Shown here one piece after another: positions 38,211 through 50,494 of a stretch of 64,000 bases of DNA. Source of the DNA: Rhina ancylostomus (Eukaryota); NCBI GenBank assembly GCA_030265395.1, contig JARFYF010000007.1, positions 38,086,924-38,150,923 on the forward strand. The letters run 5' to 3'. The notes under the pieces are model-generated. The model had not been told where the DNA came from. It saw only the letters and a program-made list of their open reading frames with translations, and ran no database searches. Within the stretch, counting starts at the first letter, position 1; every line of letters begins with the position of its first letter. The position numbers and the translations under genes were made by a program.

Positions 38211-39249
38211 CATTCAGCAATCTTGGAAACAAAATGGCTCTTGTGAATAAAGATCTTCCCCCGAATTTGTGCACTAGTCTTCTCAGACAGTATTGTCTAC
38301 ACCTGATTCATATGACATTACTTTGCTACAGCACCCTGGGCTGAACCTTTAACTACACACCATCATTTCCAACGGCACAGCATGTTTCCCAAAATTCATG
38401 TGAATTGGCTCTCTTGTATGTACTGTTTATACTGATTACAGACTCTTCTTCAGATCTACCTGTCATTAAGATTTGTGAATGATCGTATTGTTCTGGGAAT
38501 ACAGAATTTCTGTCTAAGTGACCCTTTGACTTAGGCTCAGAATGGATTGTCTTTCACTCATCCCAGATTAAGAATGTCTTCCCCTCTGGGATCCCTCACC
38601 CTGGACTAATTCTCTGACCAGCTTATTACTTTGCTTTCCAATCTGTTTTTCAACCTCATGGTGGCCATCTCAGGCTGTTTTGTAATCAATACTTATATTC
38701 TACTGTGTCTCTGCCACCATTATCCAATACCTTCTTCATTTGTTGACCCAATAACATAATAGATAGATGCCCAACCTTTAGCTCTGTTTCATATGACCTT
38801 TTTGCAATCTCCTTAGAACACAACATTTACAAGCTTCAGCCAATCTGCTGGCTTACCTTCTCCAGGAAGGTTTCACTTTTGATTGCCTAGCATTCCTTTC
38901 AGCTCACGTTTCATATTCGCCATCAGCCAGACTGTCATCAAATCCCATCTACAATGGTGCTTTGGTAACATTACTGGCAACCTGATCACTACAATTGCCC
39001 TCCTGGAGAGAGCTGCCAATATTCATTGCATTCTCCTCCTGGATTATACTTTCTCTCACTGTANNNNNNNNNNNNNNNNNNNNNNNNNNNNNNNNNNNNN
39101 NNNNNNNNNNNNNNNNNNNNNNNNNNNNNNNNNNNNNNNNNNNNNNNNNNNNNNNNNNNNNNNGATTATACTTTCTCTCACTGTACCAGGTCGTTGTCTG
39201 GTAGCCATCAAATTACCATATTACATAACTATTTTGTTCGAACTGCAGT

Positions 39250-39540
39250 CTATAGACTTGATAGAAGTATATAAAATTATGAGAGGCATAATGTCAAATA
39301 CAAGAGTACATAGCTTGAAGGTGAGAGGGGGAAAGTTTAAAGGAGATTTATGTGGTAAGATTTTTTCACAGAGGGCGGTAGGTGCCTGGAACACGCTGCG
39401 AGGTGAAATGATACGATAGCAACGCGTAAGAAGCATTTGGACAGACACATGAACAAACAGGGAATAGAGAGATATGGACCTTGTGCAGGCAGACGGGATT
39501 AGTTTATATTGGCATCATGGGTCAGTGCAGGCATCTATAT
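39250..39540 (+). mobile_element. CR1 LINE 3' end
   Basis: DLIEVYKIMRG...TRVHSLKVRGGKFKGDLCGKIFSQRAVGAWNTL, the CR1 ORF2 terminus, followed by 3'UTR. Confidence 0.85.
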
Positions 39541-41239
39541 TCCAAGTTCCATTAGTGTCTGTGAGTTGGAAACCTCTTGGCATCTTCCAGGCACACCTAA
39601 CCAGTGGTTTGTTGGGCAGGGGCTAAGTGTGCCTTCAAGAATGAGTGGTTTTTAGACTTCTTGGTTGCCCAACACTTGCAGAAATGCATTTTCTCAATCC
39701 AAGTGACTGAATCTCTTCGATGCTCTTGAAAGCTGGTCATGCTCCTGTCCCATGACTACAATAGGTAACTGGACCTATCTATCTCTACTAATAATCCAAC
39801 AGTTTGTTTCTCCAACAATTCCTGCATATCTACTCAACACCATTTTGCTCTATCTCAAGAAAAAGTGGTTGAGGTAATTTAGATACATGTCCAAGCCTAT
39901 GACAGACTGCAATGTTGCACTATCAATGTGTATGCTTATATTTGTGTTCTCTATCAATAAAATGACCTTAAACATACTGTCCTTAACATCTTACTCAGCA
40001 AATGAGGACAATTGTCTACTGGCAATTACCTCCTTCAGTTAACTTTGCACTCATGTGACCTACTAGTTTCCCACTGAATGTATGTGTAGCATCCATGTGA
40101 CTCAGCAGGGAGGAGACCATGCTGTCACTACTGTTAGGTGGACTTGTTCCCTGATTGCACCTTGGAATTGTGATAGAGTGAGAAGAAAAATAATATATGA
40201 CATAAAAATCATAGTGTGCAGATATAGGTGAGCTATTTGGTGAATGTGTGGTGCTAATTTGAATGTGGTTTATCACTGCATTCGTTAGTCATTGCTGAGG
40301 CTGCAAAGGAATGTGTGCCTCTGGCACCGCACTGGTTTACGGTTTGGCTGTGACAGGACTGGCAGTTGGGAACCTGATTGAGATTTGGGATGGGGAAGGG
40401 TCAGATCAACTGGGATCAGAAGTGGGGTGGGGCTAGTGACTGACCTCCTTTCCGACTGCCAAAAGCTTTACTACCATTTAAAGGCTTGGAAGGAATGCAA
40501 CAGCACACTCTCCACTTGCCTCAAAGAGTGTAACTCTTAACAAGTATCAGAAGCTCTGCATCACTCACAACAGAGCAACCTGTTTGACTGCACCTGTTCC
40601 ACCATCCTAGACATTAACTCCCTCCATACACATGCCAATAGTTCAGTTTCCAATGCACACTTTCATCTAGACCAGTCTGTTTGCATTGGTCCTTTATCCC
40701 TTCACCCATGTCAGGGTCAGGGCTCTTCTAATTTATCCTCCAGATAAATCCTTTTTTATCCACCTCCAAGTCACCTTTAATTTCCCGCAATGAGGCAAAA
40801 TAAATCAAGATACCCTCTGTAGCACAATCTGTAGGCCTATGCAGAGAGATTAGAAACAACTGGAATAGTACTAACTGGCTGTTTTTGGATTAGGGAATAA
40901 CATGGACAAAGGGACCCATATTTATGTCTGTGATTTTTATCTGATTTCCCAATGACTCCCATAGTCATATGAGAGCTAATATATGCAGAGTTATCACTCA
41001 GCTCACAACTGACTTTGTTACCATGTAAGAAAGAAATTCCTGTAAGAAAGGTCTATTTGTCAACATTTCAAACAACCTAAGTTGACCAATTCTGGATTCT
41101 AGTGGCGTGCCGGACAAGGGCCCTATATTGTGGTCAGTCTTTGTCCCTCTAGGTGGGAGGGAGGGCTGGATTCATGCATTATTTGGGATTTTAGCTTTTC
41201 TTTCTTTTCTTTTTCAAACTTTTCATTGGTTTTCAAATT

Positions 41240-41700
41240 AATGCAGATTTATATATAACATCAATGTTTGTACATGTAATACAAAGAGATCAGGAGAACA
41301 ATCATGGCATAGATAATCATAAAGAACAATAANNNNNNNNNNNNNNNNNNNNNNNNNNNNNNNNNNNNNNNNNNNNNNNNNNNNNNNNNNNNNNNNNNNN
41401 NNNNNNNNNNNNNNNNNNNNNNNNNNNNNNNNATAATGTTAAAAATGTCTTTCCAATATTTTTCCAAAAGAGGACAGGACCAAAACATATGTGTCAGAGA
41501 AGCCACATTCGATTTACATCTGTCATATATAGGATTTATATGGTGATAAAAACGGGCTAGCTTATCTTTTGACATATGGGTCCTGTTAACTACCTTAAAC
41601 TATATCAAAGAGGGTCTGGCACACATTGAAGATGTATTAACTAAATGAAGAATTTTCTTCCATGTCTCTGTAGGTAAAGATGTCTGGAATTCACAGCTTT
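41240..41700 (-). mobile_element. L1/Tx1-type LINE ORF2 C-terminal cysteine-rich fragment
   Basis: HMSKDKLARFYHHINPIYDRCKSNVASLTHMFWSCPLLEKYWKDIF, a decayed CxRC...HMFWxC zf-RVT motif. Confidence 0.75.
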
Positions 41701-43139
41701 TCCCTCTTCCAGTTTAACCATCCTATTACTCATTCCTCATTATGGAGGGAATATAATACATATATTTTATATGCAGCTTCAGTCAAGTTTTGAATCCACT
41801 TCCTCTGTTCAAATCTATCATTGTTACTATGATTGTTTTCAGCCAAGGCTGCCTGATAGTGATACCATAATCTATCTCCAAACATATTCAGGGGCTCTCT
41901 GGACTCCTGATATTATGATCAGATACACATGCATGGGCAATGGCATTGCACATTGCCTCTTTCACCCCCCTCCGTGTATGTGCACTTCCGAACTAACATA
42001 GGATGTCTTATATACATCTGGATGGCACAAATGGAGTATGCATTTTCTTTACTACAGTTATACAGGGGCTTGAGTCCTTTTTAGCTTAATCGGTGGACAT
42101 TCAAAGCTGTCTGCTGTAAAGAGCAGCAAACAGTACTGTGGTGGTTCCCACATTCTCCCCCCCCCCCCCGTCTCTTTCTTTGTTAGCTTAAGGAACAGCA
42201 TCACAGCATTTCCTTCTCAGTCCATGCTATCACAACTCACATTCAGATCATCCTTTTCTTCCCTTTTTAATGTATTTTTTCCATGCAATTTATGTAATGT
42301 TGTTGTATTCAATTTTTCCCACTGTATCTTCTTCATCTCCAATCTCTCAGCCTATAACAGCAAACACTGGATTCTGCTGTTACTTCAATCAATCTTTTAC
42401 TTATTGAATCTGTTTTTGACACATCTCATGATTGCCTCTCTTTCCAGCAGTTTCTTAGACTTCAGCTTGCTGCTTAAGAACACCCCTTATAGCTACACCC
42501 AGTTCATTACTTTTGCTTTGGTGTTGTTCTGCTATTTCCTGCTTCTCTGTCAGCTCAGCCTCACCCATCACCAGCTTTCTGACCTTATCACTGAATCCAA
42601 ACTGAAAAAAAAGCTATGTCGTTATTACTTCCTATGTTTACCATAGAATAATCATGAATTAACAATAATGCGACGTAATATTCTTTTGCTAGGATATCAT
42701 TCCAGATTGTCTGCCTCAGAAGTTAATAACATGCATATTTTTGAATAACTCTTCCATCTTGAAACTAACGGTTGCATTCAGCTTGTAACCAAGAGAGTGC
42801 CCATTAACCTATTCCACTTACAGTAGTTGTAAATATTCAGTTTTTTAATAACCCAATGGATGGTACATCAATTTATTTCACCTAGTAACAAGCAAAGCTC
42901 TTACATGTTACCTGTGGGAGGTGCACTTTTATTTCACTTAGCTGCAAACCATACCTCTCCTGTTGAAACCATGTCGACTGATAACATTTGTGTTCTTTTC
43001 AGCACATTAACTCAAACCCACCCAAGGGCACCATTGTGTAAAGAATTCATATTAAATAGTTAAATAATTCCTTGTGATTCAGGCCAATGTGTGGTCTAGA
43101 AATATATTTATTAACTGGACTCCAAAGTACAGAAAATAC

Positions 43140-43240
43140 ACAGGAGACACTGCAGATGCTGGAATCTGGAGCAACATACAAAAAGCTGGAGGAACTCAGC
43201 AAGTCAGATGACATCAATGGAGAGAAATGGACAGTTGACC
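43140..43240 (-). mobile_element. Related terminal-repeat subfamily fragment
   Basis: ctgcagatgctggaatctggagcaacatacaaaaagctggaggaactcagc; similar pieces at ~1860-1925 and, inverted, ~43970-44030. Confidence 0.55.
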
Positions 43241-45229
43241 ATAATGACCAAATGGGTTTAGACCATCTAAAATACAGACTGAAAATACAGAGTTTTACAA
43301 TAAACTCTTAGAAGCTGACATTTTGCACACTCAAGGTGATCAGGCTTGGCTTCTGTAGTTGATTCTTCTGACTGTTTCTTAAACTTCTATCTTGAAGGTT
43401 GCCAACTGTTGTTAAACCCTCCCCATTATTGCTCTCTGCCCCCTTTGATGTCAATTCTCATGATGCTTAGAAGTATATACTGAAACCAGATTCTTCTATC
43501 TGAACCTCCAGCCTTTTGATAGTTATTTCTATGTAACAAAGGATTAGGAGACATCCTGTCTCCATATTCATATCTCTTACTCTACCATTGTAACAGCAAA
43601 CTGCATTATTCACATCTGTTCCAGCTTGATGACATTTCAGAATGAGAGCAGCTGTAAATGGGAGACTTGAGGCAAAGCAAAGATTGTTTTGATTAGGTAA
43701 CTAAAGAAGATTCTAGCAGATGTCAAAACCATGAAGAGGTGGGCAGGGAAACCAAAAAGTATTTGAAGGAAATAGAGACACTGGATTTACTTTCACTGGA
43801 CCAGAGAAAGTGAATAGAATAAGTATAATATTTATATATGAAGAGCTTAGATAAGGTGTAAAGACGTTTTGGTTTGCAGTTTGGGACAAGATACCGTCAG
43901 TTTAATATTCACAAAACATTGTTAGAGTGTGGAATGTTTTATCAGGTGTGGTTGAGGTCAACAATTCCTTTTCCCCTGATAGATGCTTTTCAATCCACTG
44001 AGTTCCTCCAGTAGATTGTTGCTCCAATTCTTAGTTAAGATTTTTTAAACATTTCACAGATTTGTAAATGAATATTGGATTATATGAATGTGATTAACAT
44101 ACAAGCAGGGATATCAAAATATATCCTTTAAAATATACAAGAAAATTAAGATCCTTTACATTTTGAAATATTTAAATGAGAAAAGTAAAAAGCATGTACA
44201 TTTTTTCTGGATAGAAAGTTAGCTAAGGATTAATTATGTCTGATAGGTCATTAAAAAATCACTATTACCTAATGCCAGGAGATTTAAGAATTTCAAGGCA
44301 ATTTACAACAAAACTATTTTATATGTGTTCAAATTAAATCAAGCGATGATGTTGATTGAAGGCTACCGGTGGAGAAATGTTGTTCAACTGACAACTTCAA
44401 GATTTCTGCATGTGCAGAAGCCCTAAGTTGGCATCAATCTTACAGTCAACACCAATAGAATGGGGTCAACATATTGTCACTTATAAACTGACACAGAACT
44501 CATCTGTATGCTGGCTTTCTCATAGGTGGATCTCAGTCAGAATAGTTCTTTCCTATTACATAGGACATGGATGTAACTTCAGTAATCCACATTCCAAACT
44601 GGAAAATAGTGCTGAATGCATCTAAGCACCTGGGGCATCAGAAATGTTGACTGCATAGGTTTTGCCATCAACATTACTAACAGGAATCTAAAAGTACAAT
44701 GGCAATAAATATGAGAATAGCATAGAACCAATCTAGNNNNNNNNNNNNNNNNNNNNNNNNNNNNNNNNNNNNNNNNNNNNNNNNNNNNNNNNNNNNNNNN
44801 NNNNNNNNNNTGATGCGAGTACCTTTTGACCGCATTTGGCCCTCTAAACCTTTCCTCTCCATGTGCATGTCAATGTACATTTTAAGGCTTATGGTTGAAA
44901 AATGTTATACATTTGACTCTGGTTCCTAATTTGAAGCAAGGTTTTGCTGTCTTCTTCAAAGCTGAAGCTGAAAGTTCCTCATTCTTTTCTCCTTAATGTG
45001 AAGATTTCAGTTGGTAGTATCAATAGGACTGATTTTGACCAAGTATGTATAAAGTGCACCATCCACCAAGTCCTGGCATTAAGTCTTATGCATCTGAGCT
45101 GGATCTCCAGTCACATTTGTACCCCTTGCCAGTGGATCAAAACTTTACTCTGTAAAGTCCATGTAGCAGCTTATGTGCAATGCTTACTCAAGCTAAATGA
45201 AACCATTCACAGGACCTGAAATATGAACC

Positions 45230-45760
45230 ATCCCAGCAATGACAAACCTGAATGCCACTTTACTATCATTGCTTAGGACCCTAAATCCTTTGAATTTGAC
45301 ATCACCCTGAATGAGACAAAATGGATAAACAGTTTAAAAATCAATGAAGTGGGTACACTTTCTTCTGGAAGGGTAAACCAGAAGAGAAATGCTGTTTTCA
45401 CAGAGTGCAGAAAATATCCAAGGATACACCAAAAGCGCTGAGAAATATGCTACATCCTCACTGACTCTTGAGAATCCCAGGTCCTTATGCATCAATAGCA
45501 CCCACAAGCCCTGTGTAAATGGTGAAGGACCACACCATCTCAAAATCTACTCACCCAGCCACGCACTCCATGGAAGAGTCTATGGTTCCACATTCAGTCT
45601 CCTCAAAACTGGAGTGGAACCAAGTCACCNNNNNNNNNNNNNNNNNNNNNNNNNNNNNNNNNNNNNNNNNNNNNAATATGTGTGGTGGAACAACAAGAGA
45701 AATCAACCAGCAGAGGGCAACAAGAAGCTATTGATGGAGGGACTGTGACCTTGAAGCACG
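45230..45760 (+). mobile_element. Probable RTE-clade LINE remnants
   Basis: GRVYGSTFSL-like terminus (cf. recalled CGRVCGSRIGL) and ggagtggaaccaagtca tail; heavily decayed. Confidence 0.4.
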
Positions 45761-48189
45761 TCAAGTGCTAAAAGGAGCAAAACTGCTTTTAGATTACTAC
45801 AGTGGTGTCAGCTTTAAAACCTTGCACCTCGTATAGTAGCAGTAATGGCAGATATAAATTTTCCTCTACATGGACAGCCCTTCCCTATGGGTCTCTGAAC
45901 TTGTCAAAACTGCTGCTTTCTCTGATGGTCCATGGATGTAACAAGCTGAATCTGCTCAGCATATCAACCTGCTCACATTGCAATTTTTCTTAAGTTGCAC
46001 GTAGTGACAATGCTCTCATGGAGAGGAGAGATAGTCTCTCTATCAATCAAACTTATTGATCACAGTAGCATGAAAGACTAACTTTGATTTTCCTTCACTA
46101 ACTCTACGTTTCTGGAGAATAACTCCTAAGATGCAGGAGAAGGAACTTAAAGTGATGATATGGAGGGGAGGGAGAAATTTACAATAAAAATTATCACACA
46201 AAGTCAGAAGCATCCTTTAAAGAGTGAATCCTTTAGTGGTTTAGACTTTCATATGTTCTGATTGCACTAGCTGTATATGAATGGCTGGCATTACTCATAC
46301 CTGTTCTCAACACATCCTCTGATTTTGTACTGAATAAAAGGCAAGAGGATTAATAATTAAATTTGTCTTGGATAGGCCGATTGGTGGATCATTTAGATTT
46401 TCAACTTCAGCCTCAGCATAACAGTAGTAGAAAAATATGGTACAAAAGGTTAGAAGAGTAAAATAATTGTCATGAGTGAGACTTAAAATTTTGGCAATTC
46501 GAGTATAGCAAGACCTTTAAAATTAACCTCTGGAGTAACATAACTGCTACTTTTGTTTGATAAGAAATCTTATGAAGGGATGTCTAACTTAGCTATACCT
46601 TTGATGCCTTCCTGTAAAGAAATAAAGTGCCTTGTGTAGCAGATCTTAGTGGATAAGTTGATGTGAGGTTTCCATGGTGTGAGACTAATGACCACAACTA
46701 CACTTCAGACCATTCCTCCACTTAAGGAGTATATGGTGCAATGTCCTTGTTCCATAGAGAGTTGACCAAGCTTTACAGGGCAGGGTAGTTGAATTGAAGC
46801 CAGAAACCACTGCTGTTGATTCAGTGATAAAGTGTTGGTTCTTTATGCTTATTTCTATCTGCTTGGATAATGAACCCATATCAGCTCCATGACTATTAAC
46901 AGCTGTTTTTCAGAATGGGCAACATGGTGTAGTTTTCAAGTCTTTGTAAACAGGAAGGTTGATGTTGTGTATGAAAACTTCCAACTCATGGAAATGCATG
47001 AAACCAGTCAATGATGGCTTCCATGACAGCAACACAGGTTATCAAAGTAGAAGAATATAAGTTCATGTACTTACAAAAAGTAGAAAAATATGGGAACAGA
47101 CACAAAATGGGTTATTTTGCCTGGAGACAGGACTTGTTTGCAGTATTTAACTATTTCTTTTCCCAGTGCCTTTAATGATACATCTTTTTGTCCATTTCTA
47201 GAAAATGGACTAACTGGTAAGTTAGATTATAAAAATGACAAAGAACTAGAATAGTTCAAAAACTATTACTTTGGAGAAACAGTATTCACCTTAGATGGTC
47301 AGGATGAAAGTTTCCCCTTTCTTATGGCCATAAAAATTCTCAACCAAGTGGACTTGCTCAAGCTAATTTGTAAGAGGCCAAGTATCGAGGTTTGATTATA
47401 ACATAATTGTCTGGCATTGGGANNNNNNNNNNNNNNNNNNNNNNNNNNNNNNNNNNNNNNNNNNNNNNNNNNNNNNNNNNNNNNNNNNNNNNNNNNNNNN
47501 NNNNNNNNNNNNNNNNNNNNNNCATAGGAAAATGGAGGGCTATGTGGGAGGGAAGGGTTAGATAGATATTAGAGCAGTATAAAATGTTGGCACAACATCA
47601 TGGGCTGAAGGGCCCGTACTGTGCTGTAATGTCCTGTGGGTCTGCTTCAACTCCTGGTGGCCTTTGCAGCTGTTTCTATAAATCAACAACTTCTGTCTTC
47701 GTACTTTATGGCTTCCAATTGCTTGGTTAATGTTATCCAGTAACACTGCAACCTCCCTTCTGGAGAAATCACACTCCCATTGACTATTCTGGTGCTTTAC
47801 AATAGCCCATGGATCTAAGTTGCATTAATTTTCTTGGGTTTCCTGATTAAGCAATGGAAGCATGTTTCTGCCGCTCTGACGTCTTGTCTCCTCCCAGAAA
47901 GATCTTGTATTTAACTGCTTGGCCCTCCCCTACCCAAGTTCTATAGAGTGCTGCCTGCTCGAGTTGCAGTTCCATCCCAGGTTGCTGAGGCAGTTGTACA
48001 GTAGCCACGGAACCATTGTTTCCTATAAGTTATCTCATTGGAAATGTAGTCAGTGTCTGCTAGCTAGAAACTTCTTTGCTCCTTTAAAACCCCACTTGAC
48101 TTAAATGGCCCAGTGTAAGAGGCTGCTAAATTTTCTCGCTGCCTATTGTTGCAATCCTTTCACGAACATAGCCCATCATTCCAGCATTC

Positions 48190-48402
48190 TTAAAATTTAC
48201 AGCATGGTAACAGGTGCTTCTGGCCCAACGACTCCATGCCGCCCCTTTTAAGCCCCAAATTAACCTACCCGTACGTCTTTGGAATGTGGGAGGAAACAGG
48301 AGCACCTGGAGGAAACCCACACAGACACGGGGAGAACGTACAAAATCCTTACAGACAGCAGCTGGAATTGAACCCGGGTCGCTGGCGTTGTAAATAGTGC
48401 TG
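48190..48402 (-). mobile_element. tRNA-derived V-SINE, same subfamily as 3823-4040
   Basis: Reverse complement aligns by eye to the 3823 copy (ggagaacgtacaaaatccttacagacagc, gaattgaacccgggtcgctggcg). Confidence 0.85.
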
Positions 48403-48409
48403 CAGAATG

Positions 48410-50070
48410 AGCATGTCTTTGAGAGACTAAGTACAAAAATCTATTTGGTCACAGTTGAGCAGAAGGAAGCTATCACACTATTATGAGATTTCAGTAGGCC
48501 TTCAAACACTGGGAGGAGATAGAGATATAAATCTGCAGGAGAGAGTGATTGGTTGATCTGGTTCTGGGGATTGAGGTGAGCCAAGTTGACCAAGGATCAA
48601 TAAGAGAATACTTAGGGAGTAGTGATCACTGGATCATTATGCTTGGACTAAATGGAAGGAAATGGAGAAATCTGGAGTGAAATTTCATATTGAAGGAGAA
48701 GTAACTTCAATGGGATGAGAAGGAATCTGGCTAGGATAAACTGGAAGCAAATATTGAAAGGTAAGACTTTAATGGAACATTGTGCAACCCTTAAAGAGGA
48801 AATACTTCTATATTTGCTGTTGTATTTCAGGAACAGGGTGGGTACGTTCCCACAAGGGGGTCAAGCAAATGAACCAAAGCCAGAGACCCTTGGAAATCAA
48901 GGGAAATAAAGAAGATGGAATAAAAAGAGGGGGGACACTGCATGTCAGGTGAATAACTCCAGTGAGAAGCAGACAATATAGTAAATTGAAAAGGGGAATG
49001 AAAAGGAAAACAAAAAAAAAGAAAAAGGAGGGTATAAGAAGAGAATAACAATTAGCATAATAGGGAAGTCAAAAGTTGTCTATAGACACATAAAAGCTAA
49101 GTGGATACTAAGATGAGAGTGTAGCTGATTATGCAAAAAGGAGGTGATCTATGCATCAAGACAAAAGGCATAGATGGAATACTGAATGATTGCTTCCTAT
49201 CAGTCTTTACTAATAAGGAGGATGCTGCTAAGAACTGACAGTAGAGATAATCAATTGGGTGAAAAGGAGGTAATCGAAAAGCAAGCTATACTTAAAGGTA
49301 ACAGGTCATGTGGTCCGGAGCAGACACATTCTAGATTGCTGAGGGAAGTAGATGTGGAGGTTGTAGAAGGGGTTGCCTTAAACTACCAATGACCGAGGAC
49401 ATGGTAATAGACTACAAAAAGACATTGGCTGACAGAATGGGCATGCAAAATTTAACGCAAAGAGCTGTGATGTACTTTGGCAGAAAGGATAGGGAAGACA
49501 ATGTAGACTGAAGGGCATGAAAGAACAAAAGTTTCTGGCTGTACATGTGCATAAAGTCTTGGAAGTGGCAGGACATGTGAGAGAGCGATTAATAATGCAT
49601 ATGGAATCCTGAAAATTATGGATAGTACAAAGGCAGGGATATTATTTTGAAACATTGTTTGTATATTGCATATACTTTTGGTTGCTTCACTTTAAGAAGT
49701 GGTTGTCCAAGAGAGGGTGCAGAATAGATTTACTAGATTGGAGAAGCTGCAGTTTTCTTAGAACACAGAGGATTGAGAGGAGGTTTAAAAGGTCTACAAG
49801 ACCATGGCTGGTTTAGATCGTATATGTAGAAGGAGGGTGTTCCCAGTAGTGAATATGGGAACAGATTTAAAATTTTGGCCAAAAAGAATAAGGGTATGTG
49901 TGAGTATTTTTTTTAATATAGGGAATTGTTATGATCAGGAACTCATTACCCATAAGTATGATAGAAACGGGGTTTTGAAAGGGAGTTGGATAAGAACATG
50001 AAAGAGATTAATTTGAAGAGCAATGGGGAAATGAGCAGGGAATGGACTGATAGGATTGATCTACTAGAAG
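48410..50070 (+). mobile_element. Long decayed CR1 LINE
   Basis: gagaatacttagggagtagtgatcac (EYLGSSDH), FNGMRRNLARINWKQILKGK, ggtccggagcagacacattctagattgctgaggga (GPDxxHPRLLRE), CR1-type 3' end. Confidence 0.75.
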
Positions 50071-50084
50071 CCAAAATGGAACTC

Positions 50085-50225
50085 TAAAATCAAAAAAACC
50101 CACGGATACTAGAAATACGAAATAAAACAGAGAAATTCTGAAAATGCTCAGCACGTCTGACAGCACCTGTAATAAGAGAAACAAGAGTTAATATTTCAGG
50201 TTGAAGACTTTTTGTCAGAACTGTT
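50085..50225 (-). mobile_element. Penelope-derived terminal repeat copy
   Basis: ggatactagaaatacgaaataaaacagagaaattctgaaaatgctcagcacgtctgacagcacctgt...gagttaatatttcaggttgaagactttttgtcagaactg, reverse complement of the 27770 family. Confidence 0.7.
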
Positions 50226-50396
50226 GGGCTGAATGGTTTCCATCTGTGCTATAACAATTCCATGATTTTATTATTCTATGATTTGTAGGACTTGAAATTT
50301 TCAGTTTTTATTTTTGGTTTAGTTCAGGATGGTTTTTAGTTATCATTATGTGACAAAAACATGTTTTCAGTTATTTTAAAAGTAGGCAAATGCATC

Positions 50397-50494
50397 AACT
50401 TTCAATTTCTATAGTAAGTTGCAACTAAACTGCTAACAGCAATAAACTTTCAATTTCTATAATAAGTTGCAACTAAATTGCTAATGGCAATAAA
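50397..50494. repeat. Two-copy tandem duplication, 48-bp unit
   Basis: aactttcaatttctatagtaagttgcaactaaactgctaacagcaata / aactttcaatttctataataagttgcaactaaattgctaatggcaata. Confidence 0.9.

Noticed and set aside
46914-47015. Frame containing VDVVYENF, resembling a tyrosine signalling motif
   Set aside because: Short, stop-bounded, cannot be linked in order to the other exon candidates; likely chance
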